Positions 61,729 to 64,000 of a stretch of 64,000 nucleotides of DNA are shown piece after piece (position 1 is the first letter of the stretch; every line of letters starts with the position of its first letter). A program made the position numbers and the translations under genes. This DNA is from Kondoa subrosea (lineage: Eukaryota): NCBI GenBank assembly GCA_039545335.1, contig BCIN01000008.1, positions 248,001-312,000 of the forward strand, in the 5' to 3' direction. The notes below the pieces were generated by a model. That model was not told the DNA's origin. It made no database searches and saw only the letters and a program-made list of their open reading frames with translations.

Positions 61729-63643
61729 ATGAGCGCCGTCAAAGAAGCCACTGCGGCCTCCAAGAAGCAGTCTGATGAAGTGTTCAAGATTCTCAGAGCT
61801 CAAAAGGCCAATAAGGTTAGTCTGCCACGCTTGAAGCATGCTGTCCATGCTGAATTATCGAATTCGCCAGATGTGCTTTGATTGTAAGTCTACATGCATC
61901 TAACCATTTGCGGGCCTAGCTAAAAGGATACTTACAGGCCAAGCAAAGAATCCTACTTGGTCCAGTGTTACTTTTGGCGTTTATATCTGGTGAGCGCGAC
62001 AGATAGTCAAAGTCTTGCTCGAGCTAAGCTTTCCTCTAGCTTGGACTGCTCAAGCAATCACCGCAATTATGGTGTCCATGTATCCTTTGTCAGGTCGACC
62101 AATCTCGATCTATGGCAGTACCAACAACTGCGCACGATGAAAGTCGGCGGCAACGCTTCTTTTAGCGAATTCTTAGCTCGTCATCCTGGCAGCGCTAGTA
62201 GTGGTAACGTCAAAGACAAATATACTTCAGCAACAGCTACCAAATACAAGGAGGAACTAGGCAAAAGAGCAGCTGCTGATTTAGCGCAATTTGGTATCGG
62301 TCACGTTGTTTTAGCGGACAGCGGTGTAGATATCGGCGGAGCTCTGGTAGTGGACGACAAGGATGGAAGCAAGGATGATTTCTTCGAATCTTGGGATAAG
62401 CCAGCAGTACCAAAACCACTCAAAAACGATGCGACTGCTCCTCCTCCTCAAATCTCTCTTACGCCAAATTCTTCTCGTCCTGCAACACCCAGAGCTTCTT
62501 CACCTGCTCCTCCTACTCCTACTGAAGCAACTAAACCAGTTGCACCTACAGCTCCCCGAACGGTCTCTTCTTCCGCTTTACGAAACGCTACACCAGCTAC
62601 CGCAGGTGGTCGAGCAAAACTTGGTTCTCGTCTCAACTCAGCATCCAGTATCACAGGCTCAACTACTTCCACAAACGCAGTAGGAGGTTCTAAATCGAAA
62701 CTAGGAGCAAAGAAAGCAAACGTGACTATTAATTTCGAAGAAGCAGAACGAAAAGCTAAAGAAGAAGAAGAAAGGATCAAGAAGTTAGGATATGATTCGA
62801 TCAGAGAAGCAGAGGAAGCTAGCAAGAAACAAAAAGAAGCTCAGAATGCTGCTATGGCTCAAGCGGCTAGAGATAATGCTGCTGCTTCTGCTGCTGGAAA
62901 ACATCAGAGAAAGACTAGCGATAATGAACGATTGGGGATGGGCATGGGACGATTAGGGTTTGGTCAGACTATGGGTGTTAGTGGAGAAGAAAGCGCGAGG
63001 TTGGCTGCTCAAGCCAAGAAAGCTGCGGATAGAAAAGCTGCTGGATATGATGATGGTACGTCAAGACCGCTCACATGCGATGAGGATCGCTCATCAGCAC
63101 CGACTGTTTCTCGCACAGATGCGCCTGCCGATATTCCTACTTATGCAAGAGAGAAGTTTTCAGCTCAGAAGGGCATATCGTCGGACCAATACTTTGGTCG
63201 CAACTCCTATGATCCCGAAGCTGCTCGAAACGCTCAATCTCGTTTAGCGCAATTCGCAGGAGCTACATCGATCTCTTCTAATCAAGTTAGTTATTCTATA
63301 GAAAGTTGCATTTTGTGCTGAGCCTCTTTTGCAGTACCATGGCATCAATGAAGATGAAGCCGATTTGGAAGAGTCTATATTGAACGGAGATTCACTAAGT
63401 AGTCTAGAACTTGGAGCTAGACAATTGGCGAAGACAGCAATGCAAAGCGCTGGATATGAAGATATCAACCAGTTGAAGGATGCTGTAAGAGATGGAGCAC
63501 TCAAAGTGAGTATACTTGTCCACATAACTATTATCAGCGCTGATCTTGTTCATTTATCAGCTGGGCGATTTCTTGCAGCGAGTAAGTCTGAAACTGTTTA
63601 TGCCAGGAATTTGCTAATCTCTGCGCGATTGTAGTATGCATAG
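61729..63643 (+). CDS. GLO3: ArfGAP, Glo3 family
   Basis: NK|MCFDC|QAKNPTWSSVTFGVYIC|LDCSSNHRNYGVHVSFVRSTNLD, KLGAKK, QKGISSDQYFG, ATSISSNQYHG. Confidence 0.93.
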
Positions 63644-64000
63644 AGTGTTGCAGATATAGGATGATAGAGGAACATATTGCATATCGTATCTCGTTTCAGT
63701 GACAGCACGTTCCGAAAATCTTTACAAGCTTGTTCTGCATACGCGAGGTTTCTTTCACTAAACTTTAAGAAAATCTGCCTTGTCGCTCTCTTTGGCTTTC
63801 TGTATTTGGAAAGAAGAGGGATGAGCCTGTTCTGGCCTTTGGGTGTGCATGGAAGTCGAGCAGACGCGCACGAGTGAATCAGATGAGAATCGAAGACAAC
63901 TGGATTCAGCCAAAGAACAGATCGCTCTGGCGGCTGCGGGCTCCCACACAGCTGCACACACAGTCGTTGTGCCCAACACAAACAATGCAAGCACAACTTC
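63598..64000 (-). CDS. Possible 3' part of a hypothetical gene entering from beyond the window
   Basis: Open frame of more than 130 codons with a possible GTGCGC..CAG intron. No motif recognised. Confidence 0.25.
   Translation of the reverse strand, partial: KLCLHCLCWAQRLCVQLCGSPQPPERSVLWLNPVVFDSHLIHSCASARLPCTPKGQNRLIPLLSKYRKPKRATRQIFLKFSERNLAYAEQACKDFRNVLSLKRDTICNMFLYHPISATLYAYYNRAEISKFLA

Noticed and set aside
63506..63634. The GLO3 ORF ends in -ARL*, a possible cryptic PTS1
   Set aside because: It needs retention of two introns, and the stop is simply the acceptor TAG of the last intron. It is probably coincidence.
1..64000. tRNA, rRNA, snRNA, TPP riboswitch, transposon or CRISPR signatures, mating-type genes and TGA-CTA readthrough stops
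   Set aside because: None was recognised by eye. A tRNAscan/Rfam/repeat search would be needed to exclude them formally.

Overview
Gene-dense, intron-rich eukaryotic DNA from a basidiomycete fungus. A Pucciniomycotina yeast is likely, inferred from the ~45-65 nt GT-AG introns, the many microexons and the Tsp2- and Cin1-type genes. By manually splicing exons on both strands I support about 33 protein-coding genes. These include an intersectin/Cin1-like endocytic scaffold, a Tsp2 tetraspanin, an RCC1-repeat protein, a nucleotide-sugar transporter, an HtrL-like protein, PPN1, an EAF-domain protein, a PX/DUF3818 protein, a GIT1-like permease, a P450, TSPO, SPS19, an FAD monooxygenase, PUS1, RPL25, Aurora kinase and GLO3. 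I recognised no rRNA, tRNA, transposon or CRISPR. Main highlights: (1) a probable single-nucleotide exon in the GIT1-like gene; (2) a diverged tandem pair of orphan genes with identical intron positions; (3) an intron that could switch Cin1 between long (RhoGEF) and short isoforms; (4) a cluster of Pho4-type CACGTT boxes upstream of GIT1, with one more upstream of PPN1; (5) pervasive microexons and relaxed AAG/GAG and GC-AG splice sites. All gene models are hand-built and lack transcript support.
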